Positions 41,409 through 49,687 of a stretch of DNA of 50,383 nucleotides are shown here, one piece after another. The position numbers and the translations under genes were made by a program. Under the pieces are notes generated by a model, which saw only the letters and a list, made by a program, of their open reading frames with translations, ran no database searches and had not been told where the DNA came from. Within the stretch, counting starts at the first letter, position 1, and each line of letters opens with the position of its first letter. This stretch comes from an uncultured Sphingomonadales bacterium (GTDB lineage: Bacteria; Pseudomonadota; Alphaproteobacteria; Sphingomonadales; Sphingomonadaceae): assembly GCA_902826325.1 (NCBI GenBank), contig CADEEK010000002.1, positions 1 to 50,383 on the forward strand. Direction: 5' to 3'.

Positions 41409-43688
41409 CTAACCCTCCCGCACCTCCACCAACGGCACACTCACCGCCGCCCCGGCCATGAACGTCGCCCGGTTCACGCTCAGCGAATCCTCGGCAAAGC
41501 GCACCGTCACGTCGAACCGGAACCCCGCCGTCACCACCGCGCCGACCCCGGGCGCCTCGTCCAGCACCACCGTCCCGCCATCGACCTCGAACTCCACCGT
41601 CTCCACGCCATCCACCGCGACGCGCACACTCCCCGCCACGGGCCGGATGATCCGCCGCGTCACCTCGCCATAATGCTTCACCAGCGCAAAGGCCTGACGC
41701 GCCCCATCGCCTTCGCCCAAAATCTGATCCACCGCCCCCGGCGCGCCCGCATCGTTCGAACAATCGTCGAACGGATCGCGCAGCCGGAACGCTCGCGCCG
41801 GTCCCATCCGGGCGCGATAAAATGCCAGCAGCTCGCGAATATCGGCCTCGCTGCGCACCCCCGGCCCCACATCATATCGCGTCCGCGCCTCTGCCCAGGC
41901 GGCGTTGCGCGCTTCATGCCCGCCCGCGCTGGTCAGGATCGCGGTCGAAACCTCCGGCGCCACCTCCGCCTCCCGCCCCAGCGCGATCGGGAACAGCACA
42001 TCGTCGAAAGCCTGCACGTCATCCTCCTGCTCGAAATGGACGAAGCCGTCGCGGATCACCTGCGGCAACGCCCAGATAAAGGTCGCCGCCACCCCGCGCG
42101 CCCGCGCAACGTCCGCCGCCGCCGCAATCCCGCGCCACTGCCCCGCATCCTCAGGGTTCAGCACAAAGCCCGCAAAATAATGCTGCTGCTCAACCGGATA
42201 GCCCAGCCGCGCCTGCGCCAGCGCCACCCCGCGCGCACTCGCCACGCCGTTCCCCGCCGCCGCCCAGTCATAATCCTCCAGCTGCAGGATATCGAAGGCG
42301 GGCGCCGCCCAGCCGACCGGCAGATTGGCGCGCTTGAGCTCCGGCGCCTGCGCATCCAGCACCGTGGGCAGATAGGCGAGCAGCAACAACTGCGCCCCCG
42401 CCGCCTCGTCGCGCACCGCCTCACCCAGCGCCGCCGTTGACGCCGCCAGCAACGCCCCGGCGGCATCCAGCACATCGGTATCGGGCGCCCCGCGCACATT
42501 CTGCTCGGCCGGATCGCCCAGCGCCGCCTTCGCTGCATCGTCATGGATGCACAGCCGCCCGTCCGGCATCACCCACCACCATGGCTCACCGACCTGGAAC
42601 TTGACGTCCAGCCCCGCCCCCTGCGCGATCCACACGAATGCCCTGGCCACCGCCTGCAGATAGCCCATCGCGCCCGCATGGGCAGGCGACAGCAATGCCG
42701 ATGGCGGCACCCACCCCGTCAGCCCCGGCGACCCGTCAAACGCCCGCTGCTTCCAGTCGCCCCAGCAATGCGCGTCGAACAATTCGTAGGACAGCGACCA
42801 GATCACGCCGAACCCCAGCGCCTTCGCCCGCGCCGCAAAATCCGCATGCCACGCCGCACAGGCCACATTCAGCGCCCCGCCGGTCAGGCTCGCATAATAG
42901 CCACCCGAATTGGCTTCGAGCCGGAAATAATGGCTCATCCCGACATAATGGACGATATCCCCGCGATAGCCGAGGTGCAGCGCGTTGCGCAGCAACCGCT
43001 GCGGGGTGAGATGATAGCTGTCGTCATAGCCCGATGCGATGGACAGCCCATGTTCGGGCACCACCGCCTCGCCGATCGCCAGCACCGCGCCGGGACCATC
43101 GACCGCAATATCGCTCAGCTCGACCCACGCCTCGACCGGCGCGGCCAGCGCCGCGTCCGCACCCGTATAGCCCGCCGGCACCAGGCTGATGAACATCCGG
43201 TCGACATCCCCCGCCCAGACCGGCTCCGCCCCGTCCGGCAACAGATAGCCGCCCTGCACGCTCGCAAAATCGAGCGACACCAGCGCATCCCCGGGCGACC
43301 CGCTCGCATAGTTCCACAACCTGACATACCAGGCGCGCGGCTCCCCCGCCGCATCGCGCCCTTCGATCGTCAGCACCGGGCCATTGACCGCATCCAGCGC
43401 CAGCACGCCCGACGATCGCCACCGAAAACGCAACCGGCAATCGCGAAAATCCCGCCGCGTCTCATAGGACAGCAGCACATGGTCGTGCCGGTCCTCGGCC
43501 TCCCAGATCAGCCCCGCCAGGTCGTCCTCGCGATAGAATACCGCATCCACCCGCAACGCATCGCTGGCGGTCGTGATCACGCTCGCCATCATCGGCCGCG
43601 GAAAATTGACGGTCCAATAGGCGGGATCGAAGCGCGAGACATATCCCGTCTCCTGCACCGTCCGCTCCCGCGCCAGCCAATACGCCAT
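41409..43688 (-). CDS. GTA distal tail protein: ~557-aa N-terminal region (probably containing a TIM-barrel/glycoside-hydrolase-like domain) fused to DUF2460 (g12-like)
   Basis: C-terminal FDDVLFP..G.E.RN..W, FRLRDPFD, AGFRFDVTVRF, VPLVEVR; N-terminal YVGMSHYF, WSLSYELFD, FQVGEPWWW, LQLEDYDW. Confidence 0.82.
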   Translation of the reverse strand: MAYWLARERTVQETGYVSRFDPAYWTVNFPRPMMASVITTASDALRVDAVFYREDDLAGLIWEAEDRHDHVLLSYETRRDFRDCRLRFRWRSSGVLALDAVNGPVLTIEGRDAAGEPRAWYVRLWNYASGSPGDALVSLDFASVQGGYLLPDGAEPVWAGDVDRMFISLVPAGYTGADAALAAPVEAWVELSDIAVDGPGAVLAIGEAVVPEHGLSIASGYDDSYHLTPQRLLRNALHLGYRGDIVHYVGMSHYFRLEANSGGYYASLTGGALNVACAAWHADFAARAKALGFGVIWSLSYELFDAHCWGDWKQRAFDGSPGLTGWVPPSALLSPAHAGAMGYLQAVARAFVWIAQGAGLDVKFQVGEPWWWVMPDGRLCIHDDAAKAALGDPAEQNVRGAPDTDVLDAAGALLAASTAALGEAVRDEAAGAQLLLLAYLPTVLDAQAPELKRANLPVGWAAPAFDILQLEDYDWAAAGNGVASARGVALAQARLGYPVEQQHYFAGFVLNPEDAGQWRGIAAAADVARARGVAATFIWALPQVIRDGFVHFEQEDDVQAFDDVLFPIALGREAEVAPEVSTAILTSAGGHEARNAAWAEARTRYDVGPGVRSEADIRELLAFYRARMGPARAFRLRDPFDDCSNDAGAPGAVDQILGEGDGARQAFALVKHYGEVTRRIIRPVAGSVRVAVDGVETVEFEVDGGTVVLDEAPGVGAVVTAGFRFDVTVRFAEDSLSVNRATFMAGAAVSVPLVEVREG

Positions 43689-43712
43689 CGCCCAAGCCCC
43701 CTGTCCCATGAT

Positions 43713-43739
43713 CGTCATCCCCACGCAGGCGGGGATCCA
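43713..43739 (+). repeat. CGTC-type REP palindrome
   Basis: CGTCATCCCCACGCAGGCGGGGATCCA. Confidence 0.75.
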
Positions 43740-43821
43740 TTGCCGGCAGTCGATGCGCATCCATCCGGCCCGCCTGCGACAAGGTGCCGCCGCCGCGCAC
43801 GAAGGCCCCACGGGATGCGGA

Positions 43822-44370
43822 TCACTCCACCCCCGACAATGCCGCCTTTACCGCGCGCGCCACCTGTCGGCTCGATTGCCGCAACGCCCCGGCATCCCCG
43901 CCTGCGGGCGCATTGATCGTGATCGCCACCCGCACATCACGCCCGCCGCCCATGGTCGGCGCCTCGACCCGCCCGCTGGCGGTCGGCACGAACAATTCCG
44001 GTCCGCGCTCCCCGACGACATAGGCGCGTCCCGGCGCCACCGGCCCACCCGTCGCCCGCCCGGGCAGGCCGATCAGGCCGCCGAGCAACCCGCTCAGCCC
44101 CCCGCCGCCAAAGATCGCCGACAGGCCCCCGCGCACCGCGTCCGCCGCGATCTCCGCCATCGCCTGCGCCGCGACGCGCTTCAAATCCTCGAACCCCAGC
44201 TTGCCGGTCCGAACCGCCCGCAACAACGCGCTTTCCACCGCGCGTCCCGCCCGGTCGGCTCCCGCCTGCAACGGCCCGTCAATGGCACTCCGCATCGCCT
44301 CGACATCGCGGGCAAAGCCCTGCGTATCGGCGCGCACGCTCACCACCAGCCGCTCGATTTCCTCATCCAT
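43822..44370 (-). CDS. GTA short tail tape measure protein (g11-like)
   Basis: LVVSVRADT.GF, GRATGGPV..GERGPELFVP, RQVARAV. Confidence 0.88.
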   Translation of the reverse strand: MDEEIERLVVSVRADTQGFARDVEAMRSAIDGPLQAGADRAGRAVESALLRAVRTGKLGFEDLKRVAAQAMAEIAADAVRGGLSAIFGGGGLSGLLGGLIGLPGRATGGPVAPGRAYVVGERGPELFVPTASGRVEAPTMGGGRDVRVAITINAPAGGDAGALRQSSRQVARAVKAALSGVE

Positions 44371-44554
44371 CGGGAAACGCCTCCATCAATCGCGCCATCG
44401 TCGCGCCGTCCGGCGGCGCGACCTCATCGCCCCGCAACGCGCGCACCAGCGCCAGCAATTCGGCGGGCGTCGCCTGCCAGAACGCTGCTGGCGCCCAGCC
44501 GAGCGCCACCCCCGCCTGCCCCGCCAGCCGCCCCGCCGCATCGGCAAATCGCAT
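44363..44554 (-). CDS. Phage tail assembly chaperone (g10.1-like)
   Basis: LGW.P..FW.ATPAEL...LMEAFPD. Confidence 0.85.
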   Translation of the reverse strand: MRFADAAGRLAGQAGVALGWAPAAFWQATPAELLALVRALRGDEVAPPDGATMARLMEAFPDG

Positions 44555-44862
44555 CACCGCCCCGCCAATATCTGCCCCAGCAGGACCTTGAGCGCAGGCG
44601 TCGCCGCCGCCAGCCCGCCCGCCGCCACCGCCTCGCCAAACGCCTCACGCGTCAGCCCCTCGGGCACCTCGCGCAGGCAATGCCAGAACAGCGCGACCAT
44701 TTCGCCAAGGCCCAGCCGCCCGTCCGCCGCCCGCTCGACCAGCGCGAACAGCGGCCCCAATTCCGCCTCCGCCGCGACCAGCGCCGCGAACGTCGGCCGC
44801 AGCACCAACTCGCCGCCCGCCACCCGCAACGCCGCCTCCCCGCGCACCGGATTGGCGCTCAC
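44554..44862 (-). CDS. GTA-gp10 family tail assembly chaperone
   Basis: ANPVRGEA, LRPTFAALVAAE.ELG.LFALVER. Confidence 0.9.
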   Translation of the reverse strand: MSANPVRGEAALRVAGGELVLRPTFAALVAAEAELGPLFALVERAADGRLGLGEMVALFWHCLREVPEGLTREAFGEAVAAGGLAAATPALKVLLGQILAGR

Positions 44863-45266
44863 GCACTCACCACCGCGCCGGAACTCTCCAGGCTCAGCGT
44901 ATAGGATCGCTCGCCGTTGAAATCCCCGGCATAGTCCAGCCGCGTGACCAGGAACCGCCCGGTCATCGTCTCGCCGCTCTCAAAGCTCAGCCGGTAATCG
45001 TCGAGCATGCCCGACAGCGCATTGGCCTTGACCCGCGTCTCCGCCGCGCTGCCGGTGAACACACCCGCGCCCGAAACGCTCACACTGCGTACCCCGGCGC
45101 CCGACAGCAATTCGCGCCACCCACCCGAATCCTTCGAGGTAATCGCCACCGCCTCGCCATTGACGCTCATCTGCGTCGTGCGCAGCCCCGCCACCGTCGC
45201 ATAGGCGACCGGCGACCCGCCATCGCCGACCTTCAACAGAAACGCGCTTCCCTTCTCCGCCGCCAT
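44859..45266 (-). CDS. GTA major tail tube protein (TP901-1 family, g9-like)
   Basis: EKGSAFLLK, VAGLRT, GGWRELL.GAG, LDYAG, LESSG. Confidence 0.92.
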   Translation of the reverse strand: MAAEKGSAFLLKVGDGGSPVAYATVAGLRTTQMSVNGEAVAITSKDSGGWRELLSGAGVRSVSVSGAGVFTGSAAETRVKANALSGMLDDYRLSFESGETMTGRFLVTRLDYAGDFNGERSYTLSLESSGAVVSA

Positions 45267-45347
45267 GATGTGTCTCCTCGATTATGCGGCACCGACCCAC
45301 GCCCCACCCAGGGAGGCAGCCCGTGCGCGCGCTCCAACCCACAATGT

Positions 45348-45734
45348 TCAGCTCTCGCGCAACATCCGCACGCGAAATTCGCTCACGCTCGCCCAATGAT
45401 CGCCGCCGTCGCGCACGATCCGCCCGCGCACGAACGCCAGGGTCACGATGTGCCAGCCTTCGCCCGGCTCGCGATCGATCGCCTCGATCGCCTCCTCGAC
45501 CGCCCCGGCCAGCAAGCGCAGCCGCGCCGGACGCTCGCCGCCGTCGCGCACGATCACCGACAGCCGCCCTTCGCGCCCGGCCATGTCCTTGGTCCCCCAA
45601 TCGGCCAGCATCGCTTCCTCGACCAGTGCATAGGGCAAGGCCGCGCGCACTGGCGGCGCGTCAAAGACCGCCGTGACATCCAGCCCGTCCAGCGCGGCGA
45701 TTGCCGCCGCCTGCAACACCGCCTGCGCACTCAT
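45348..45734 (-). CDS. DUF3168 tail terminator (g8-like)
   Basis: LQAA, VFDAPP...PY, DWGTK..GRE. Confidence 0.85.
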   Translation of the reverse strand: MSAQAVLQAAAIAALDGLDVTAVFDAPPVRAALPYALVEEAMLADWGTKDMAGREGRLSVIVRDGGERPARLRLLAGAVEEAIEAIDREPGEGWHIVTLAFVRGRIVRDGGDHWASVSEFRVRMLRES

Positions 45735-45913
45735 CGCAACAGCCCTCCGATCCAGCGAAGTTCAGGCACCCGCCACAATGCGCGTCCCCTGATCTCGACG
45801 CGCCCGTCGAACGCTTCGACATCGATCCCGCTGGTCTCACGTAACCGGTCGGCCATGGCGGCGGCCAGTCGTGCCGCCGCCCGCTGGCCCAGCGCATCAA
45901 TCCGCGCCGTCAT
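45731..45913 (-). CDS. 60-aa hypothetical GTA protein in the g7 position
   Basis: ATGA overlaps with both neighbours; MTARIDALGQRAAARLAAAMADRLRE...LRWIGGLLR. Confidence 0.65.
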   Translation of the reverse strand: MTARIDALGQRAAARLAAAMADRLRETSGIDVEAFDGRVEIRGRALWRVPELRWIGGLLR

Positions 45914-46464
45914 GCCCGTTGCACCGCACTGCCGATCGCCATCCGGCGCCATGGTCGCCACAACGCCGCGACCGCCGCAGGCGGCGCCTCGTCGCGCTCG
46001 CGATTGCCGAACAGATGTGCGGTCAGCAGCACAATGCCCTGTCGCAGTGGCGGCGCCAGGTCGCTCCAGCCCGCCGCTGCCCCGGCGTTGATGGTCACGC
46101 GAAGTCGTCCCGCAATGTCGGGCGCCACCGTGCGCAACCATCCCCGGCCCTGCGCATCGATGTCGATCCGGAAATCATCGACGGACAGGGGCGATGCATC
46201 GCCCGCCACCGCCACCGCCTCCACCGCGCTGATCGCATTGACCGGCGCAGTTGCCAGCATCCGCCATTCGCGCATCGCGGGCAGCATCTCCTGCCATTCG
46301 CGCGCGATCCAGGCGGTGCCGGTGAATCGCTCGCCAAGCGCCAGCGCCGCCGCCGCCAGTTCCTCGATCAGCACGTCCTCACCGGTCGTCTCGATGCGCA
46401 GATGCGTCTTGGCGGCGTCGCGCGCATCCGCGATCACCGCTGGCGGAAAGGCCGCTGCGTCCAT
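45910..46464 (-). CDS. GTA head-tail connector (g6-like)
   Basis: AKTHLRI, ERFTG, PLRQGIVLL.AHL, PPAAVAALWRPWRR; GGAG RBS upstream. Confidence 0.87.
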   Translation of the reverse strand: MDAAAFPPAVIADARDAAKTHLRIETTGEDVLIEELAAAALALGERFTGTAWIAREWQEMLPAMREWRMLATAPVNAISAVEAVAVAGDASPLSVDDFRIDIDAQGRGWLRTVAPDIAGRLRVTINAGAAAGWSDLAPPLRQGIVLLTAHLFGNRERDEAPPAAVAALWRPWRRMAIGSAVQRA

Positions 46465-46490
46465 GTCGTTCTCCGTCCGATATTCTTGGT

Positions 46491-47285
46491 TCAGGCGGCG
46501 CCGACCGCCGTCAGATAGCTGGCAAGCGCGCCGTAGAGCGCCGCCGCCTCGCCCCCGCTCAGCTGTCCGCCCCAGCACGCCGCCTGCACGCGGCGCGTGC
46601 TCAATCCGGTCGCGACCGGTCCTGCGGTCGAATGGGCCAGCAGATAAAAGGGTGTTGAAAGCAGCGGCTGACTTGCCTGGCCGATCGTCGTTTGCCCACC
46701 GCCATTTTTCGCCGCCGAATAGCTTGCGCTCCCGCCACGCGACCAGAACAGCCAGCCGACCGCCGACGCCGGACTGATCGTCAGCTCATCGGCGGCACCG
46801 GCATTGGCCAGCAGGCGCGCCGCCGGCACCGCCGCGCGCCGTGCGTTGATCCCGCTGCGCGTGGTGCCGATGTCGAACTGCCCGTTATCGGCGACATCGG
46901 TGCCGACCCACACGCCCATATGTGCGTCGTTCTGCGAAAAGCGCCCGCCCGCAATCGCCGCATTGAAGCCGCTGTCGAGATAGCTCGACACGCCATCGCC
47001 GGTATAGCCGCGATCGACCGTGAACAATGGCGACCCCGCCACGCTCAGCGCATAGTCGCCCGAAACCCAGTTCAACCGCGCCGGTTGCGCGCCATGCGCG
47101 GCCAGCAGATAAAGTGCGTCGATCTTGGTCCAGACGCCGGCCAGCTTCAGCGACCGCACCAACTGGTCAATCACGCGCGCGCGCGCCGCCTCGGGCGCGG
47201 GACTCATCCGTGCGATCAGCGCCAGCGCCGCCGGGTCCAGCCCGCGCCGCCGCATGGCGATGTCCGGGATCGAAAGCCCCAGCAT
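46491..47285 (-). CDS. Putative head-spike fibre protein
   Basis: TGATG-coupled to the spike-base gene; short MLGLSI N-terminus; beta-rich body with GYTGDGVSSYLDSG. Confidence 0.6.
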   Translation of the reverse strand: MLGLSIPDIAMRRRGLDPAALALIARMSPAPEAARARVIDQLVRSLKLAGVWTKIDALYLLAAHGAQPARLNWVSGDYALSVAGSPLFTVDRGYTGDGVSSYLDSGFNAAIAGGRFSQNDAHMGVWVGTDVADNGQFDIGTTRSGINARRAAVPAARLLANAGAADELTISPASAVGWLFWSRGGSASYSAAKNGGGQTTIGQASQPLLSTPFYLLAHSTAGPVATGLSTRRVQAACWGGQLSGGEAAALYGALASYLTAVGAA

Positions 47286-47551
47286 CAATACAGCGCCAAC
47301 AGGTCGGCCGCCGTCGTGCCGGTGGCCCGGACATGGCTCGCACGGAATGGCAATAAACTGCCACTCGCCACATTCTTCCACAGCTGGTCGGTGCTGCCGC
47401 CCGCGCCGCGCATCGTGATGTTGCCGCCGGTGCCGACGAACAACGCCTTGGGAATGTCGGCCAGCGCATTGCTGTCATGCGGCGTCACGGCCACCGCGCG
47501 CGTTGCCGGTGCCGAAACATTGTCGCCCCGGTTCTCGAAAATATCGCTCAT
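47285..47551 (-). CDS. Head-spike base protein, Rcc01079-like (88 aa)
   Basis: MSDIF...SAPATRAVAVTPHD...KALFVGTGGNI...GSLLPFR...VRATGTTAADLLALY. Confidence 0.82.
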   Translation of the reverse strand: MSDIFENRGDNVSAPATRAVAVTPHDSNALADIPKALFVGTGGNITMRGAGGSTDQLWKNVASGSLLPFRASHVRATGTTAADLLALY

Positions 47552-47646
47552 CGTCCTTGTCGCTTTCCAGAAAAGTGGCGGGCGGCACACACCGCCCGCC
47601 TCAGGGGAGGGGGGCCGACAGGCGGGGCGCCACCCCGCCGCCGCCG

Positions 47647-48702
47647 TTACGAAGCGGCGAACTTCATCAGCTTGATCGCCTCGCTGTTCGTCACCGCACC
47701 GCCGACGCGCTTGGTCGCGTAAAAATGCACGAACGGCTTGTTCGAATAGGGATCGCGCAGGATCTGCGTCTCGCCCCGCTCGGCGATCAGATAACCCGCC
47801 TTGAAATTGCCGAACGCGATCGACAGCGATCCAGCCGCAATATCCGGCATATCCTCGGCCTCGACCACCGGATAGCCGAGCAGCGTCGCCGGCTGCCCCG
47901 CCGCGATCCCCGGCTGCCACAGAAACGCGCCGTCGCTCGTCTTGAACTTGCGGATCCGCGCCAGCGTCGCCGAATTCATGCACCACACCGCCCCCTGGCG
48001 ATAGGGCGCACGCAGCGCCTGGACCAGGTCGATCAGTCTCTCCTCGGGATTGGCCGAAAACGCACCCGACGCGCCCGACGCGACATGCTGCAACGTCCCA
48101 AAGGCGCGCGAAGCATCGCCCGTCGCCGCGGTGGCATAGGCAAGGAACCCCTTGGGCTTGCTGGTCCCATTGCCGCTGACGAACGCCGCCCCCTCGGCCC
48201 GCGCGAACTCGCGCGAGATTTCATCGGCCAGCCACGCCTCGACATCGAACGCCGCATCATCCAGCATCGTCTGGCTCGCAGCGGGATTGGCATACAGGTC
48301 GCCCATCGGCGGCGCGATCTCGTTGAACGTCGCCGTATCTGTCTCGTCGCGATCGCCCGTCTCGGCCGCCCAGCCCGACGGCGTGCCGCCCGAAGCGACC
48401 AGCTTGCGATAGCCCGCGCTGCCCACCGTCACCACATTGGCGATGGCACGGATCGGCGAGATGCTCGCCAACGTCGCATCGACCAGCGCGTCGATCTCGC
48501 GCGGAATGGCATAGCCCCCCGCGCCGTCCGACGCGCCTGACAGCGCCTTCACCTCCAGCGCCCCCGTCCCGGCCCGCAAAAACCCCTCGAACGCGGCCCC
48601 ACCGGGCGAACGCGCCCCACTCAACATCGGCCGCGCCACCGGCACACCCGCACCCTCAACCGCCTCGAACGATTGTTCGAGGACGTCCGCCTTCGTTTCC
48701 AT
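47647..48702 (-). CDS. HK97-fold major capsid protein (g5-like)
   Basis: GGYAIPREID, SPIRAIA, LYANPAASQ.MLDD, AFVSGNG..KPKG, FGNF, RDPYSNKPFVHFYATKRVGG; GGAG RBS favours 48702 over 48714. Confidence 0.95.
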   Translation of the reverse strand: METKADVLEQSFEAVEGAGVPVARPMLSGARSPGGAAFEGFLRAGTGALEVKALSGASDGAGGYAIPREIDALVDATLASISPIRAIANVVTVGSAGYRKLVASGGTPSGWAAETGDRDETDTATFNEIAPPMGDLYANPAASQTMLDDAAFDVEAWLADEISREFARAEGAAFVSGNGTSKPKGFLAYATAATGDASRAFGTLQHVASGASGAFSANPEERLIDLVQALRAPYRQGAVWCMNSATLARIRKFKTSDGAFLWQPGIAAGQPATLLGYPVVEAEDMPDIAAGSLSIAFGNFKAGYLIAERGETQILRDPYSNKPFVHFYATKRVGGAVTNSEAIKLMKFAAS

Positions 48703-48724
48703 AGTCTTCTCCATGCCAAAGGAA

Positions 48725-48780
48725 CCTCCCCAGGCATGGGGAGGGGGACCGTTCGGCGCAGCCGAACGGTGGACGGGGCC
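48725..48780. repeat. CCTCCCC...GGGGAGG palindromic repeat with second hairpin
   Basis: CCTCCCCA-ggca-TGGGGAGG then CCGTTCGGC-gca-GCCGAACGG. Confidence 0.7.
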
Positions 48781-48824
48781 CGCGCCAAGCGAACCCTATC
48801 GTTTCGTCAGTCAGAAAATCCCAT

Positions 48825-48850
48825 CGTCACCCCGGCCTTGAGCCGGGACC
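48825..48850 (+). repeat. CGTC-type REP palindrome
   Basis: CGTCACCCCGGCCTTGAGCCGGG, identical core to the copy at 9581-9609. Confidence 0.8.
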
Positions 48851-49085
48851 GGCCAACCTGCGAATTAGCGCGCTGGCTCTGGCCTCAGTCGGGCAGATAA
48901 CGTTCCGCGCTCTCTGGTATCTGCCCCGTTCGGCACGCTGCCAATGCGTCCGCCAGCGGCTTGCTGAGCGCGTGTTCACCTTCCCCGAACCAGGACGCTT
49001 CAATACCCGGCGCGACGTCGGCCTTGCCATTCACAAGTCGGTGATTGCCGGCACCCGTCATCGGTGCGACACACCGATTGTGCCG

Positions 49086-49673
49086 ATGTTCAGCGCCCTC
49101 GCTCTTCTGGTCTTGCCATTGACCCGCGCCGATGCCGTGGCCCCGATCGCACCAGAAATCGTCGCCCGCGCAACGCAATGCGGACTGGGCCAGGCGACGG
49201 TCCGCGCTGATCGCGAACTGCAGGCCAACGTCATCGTCATCGCCGGGACCACAGAACCCAGCGATGCCCAGTTAACCTGTCTCGATCTCGCAACGGCCCA
49301 CCATTTTGTCGAATTGCCGTCCGACATTCAGCCTCGCTTCGATACGATCCGCTCGACCCGGCTGCGCCAACAGGCCTTGGCGAACGCGCGTGCATGGCTC
49401 GAACAACGCAATCTGCTTGCGCGCGTGCCAGCTTATACCAAAGGCGAAACGGATCCGACCCAGATCGCGCGCGAGGTCGAGGCTCTTTGTGGTCACGTTG
49501 CGACTGGTGCTTTGATCCCGGCACATGACGCCCATATTTTGAGCCCGGACTGGATGATCAAACTCGGCAAGATGCCGATACACGAGGCCAACGAAATACT
49601 TGCTTGTCTACTTAACGTCGCCCAAGTTGCAGGATTGGAAATCGGTTTTATAGGCAATGAAATCGCGCGATAG
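49086..49673 (+). CDS. Hypothetical exported protein, antisense to the GTA operon
   Basis: 195-aa ORF with hydrophobic N-terminus MFSALALLVLPLTRADA, four Cys, visibly more AT-rich than its flanks; start uncertain. Confidence 0.6.
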   Translation: MFSALALLVLPLTRADAVAPIAPEIVARATQCGLGQATVRADRELQANVIVIAGTTEPSDAQLTCLDLATAHHFVELPSDIQPRFDTIRSTRLRQQALANARAWLEQRNLLARVPAYTKGETDPTQIAREVEALCGHVATGALIPAHDAHILSPDWMIKLGKMPIHEANEILACLLNVAQVAGLEIGFIGNEIAR

Positions 49674-49687
49674 CGAGCGGCCATTAT

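Noticed and set aside
44540..44580. Programmed -1 frameshift between the two tail chaperone genes
   Set aside because: No X-XXY-YYZ slippery heptamer seen; the genes are joined by a normal TGATG overlap
48885..49061. 58-aa minus-strand ORF (MTGAGNHRL...ERYLPD) inside the GTA insertion
   Set aside because: No clear RBS or recognisable motif; may be a gene remnant but cannot be supported
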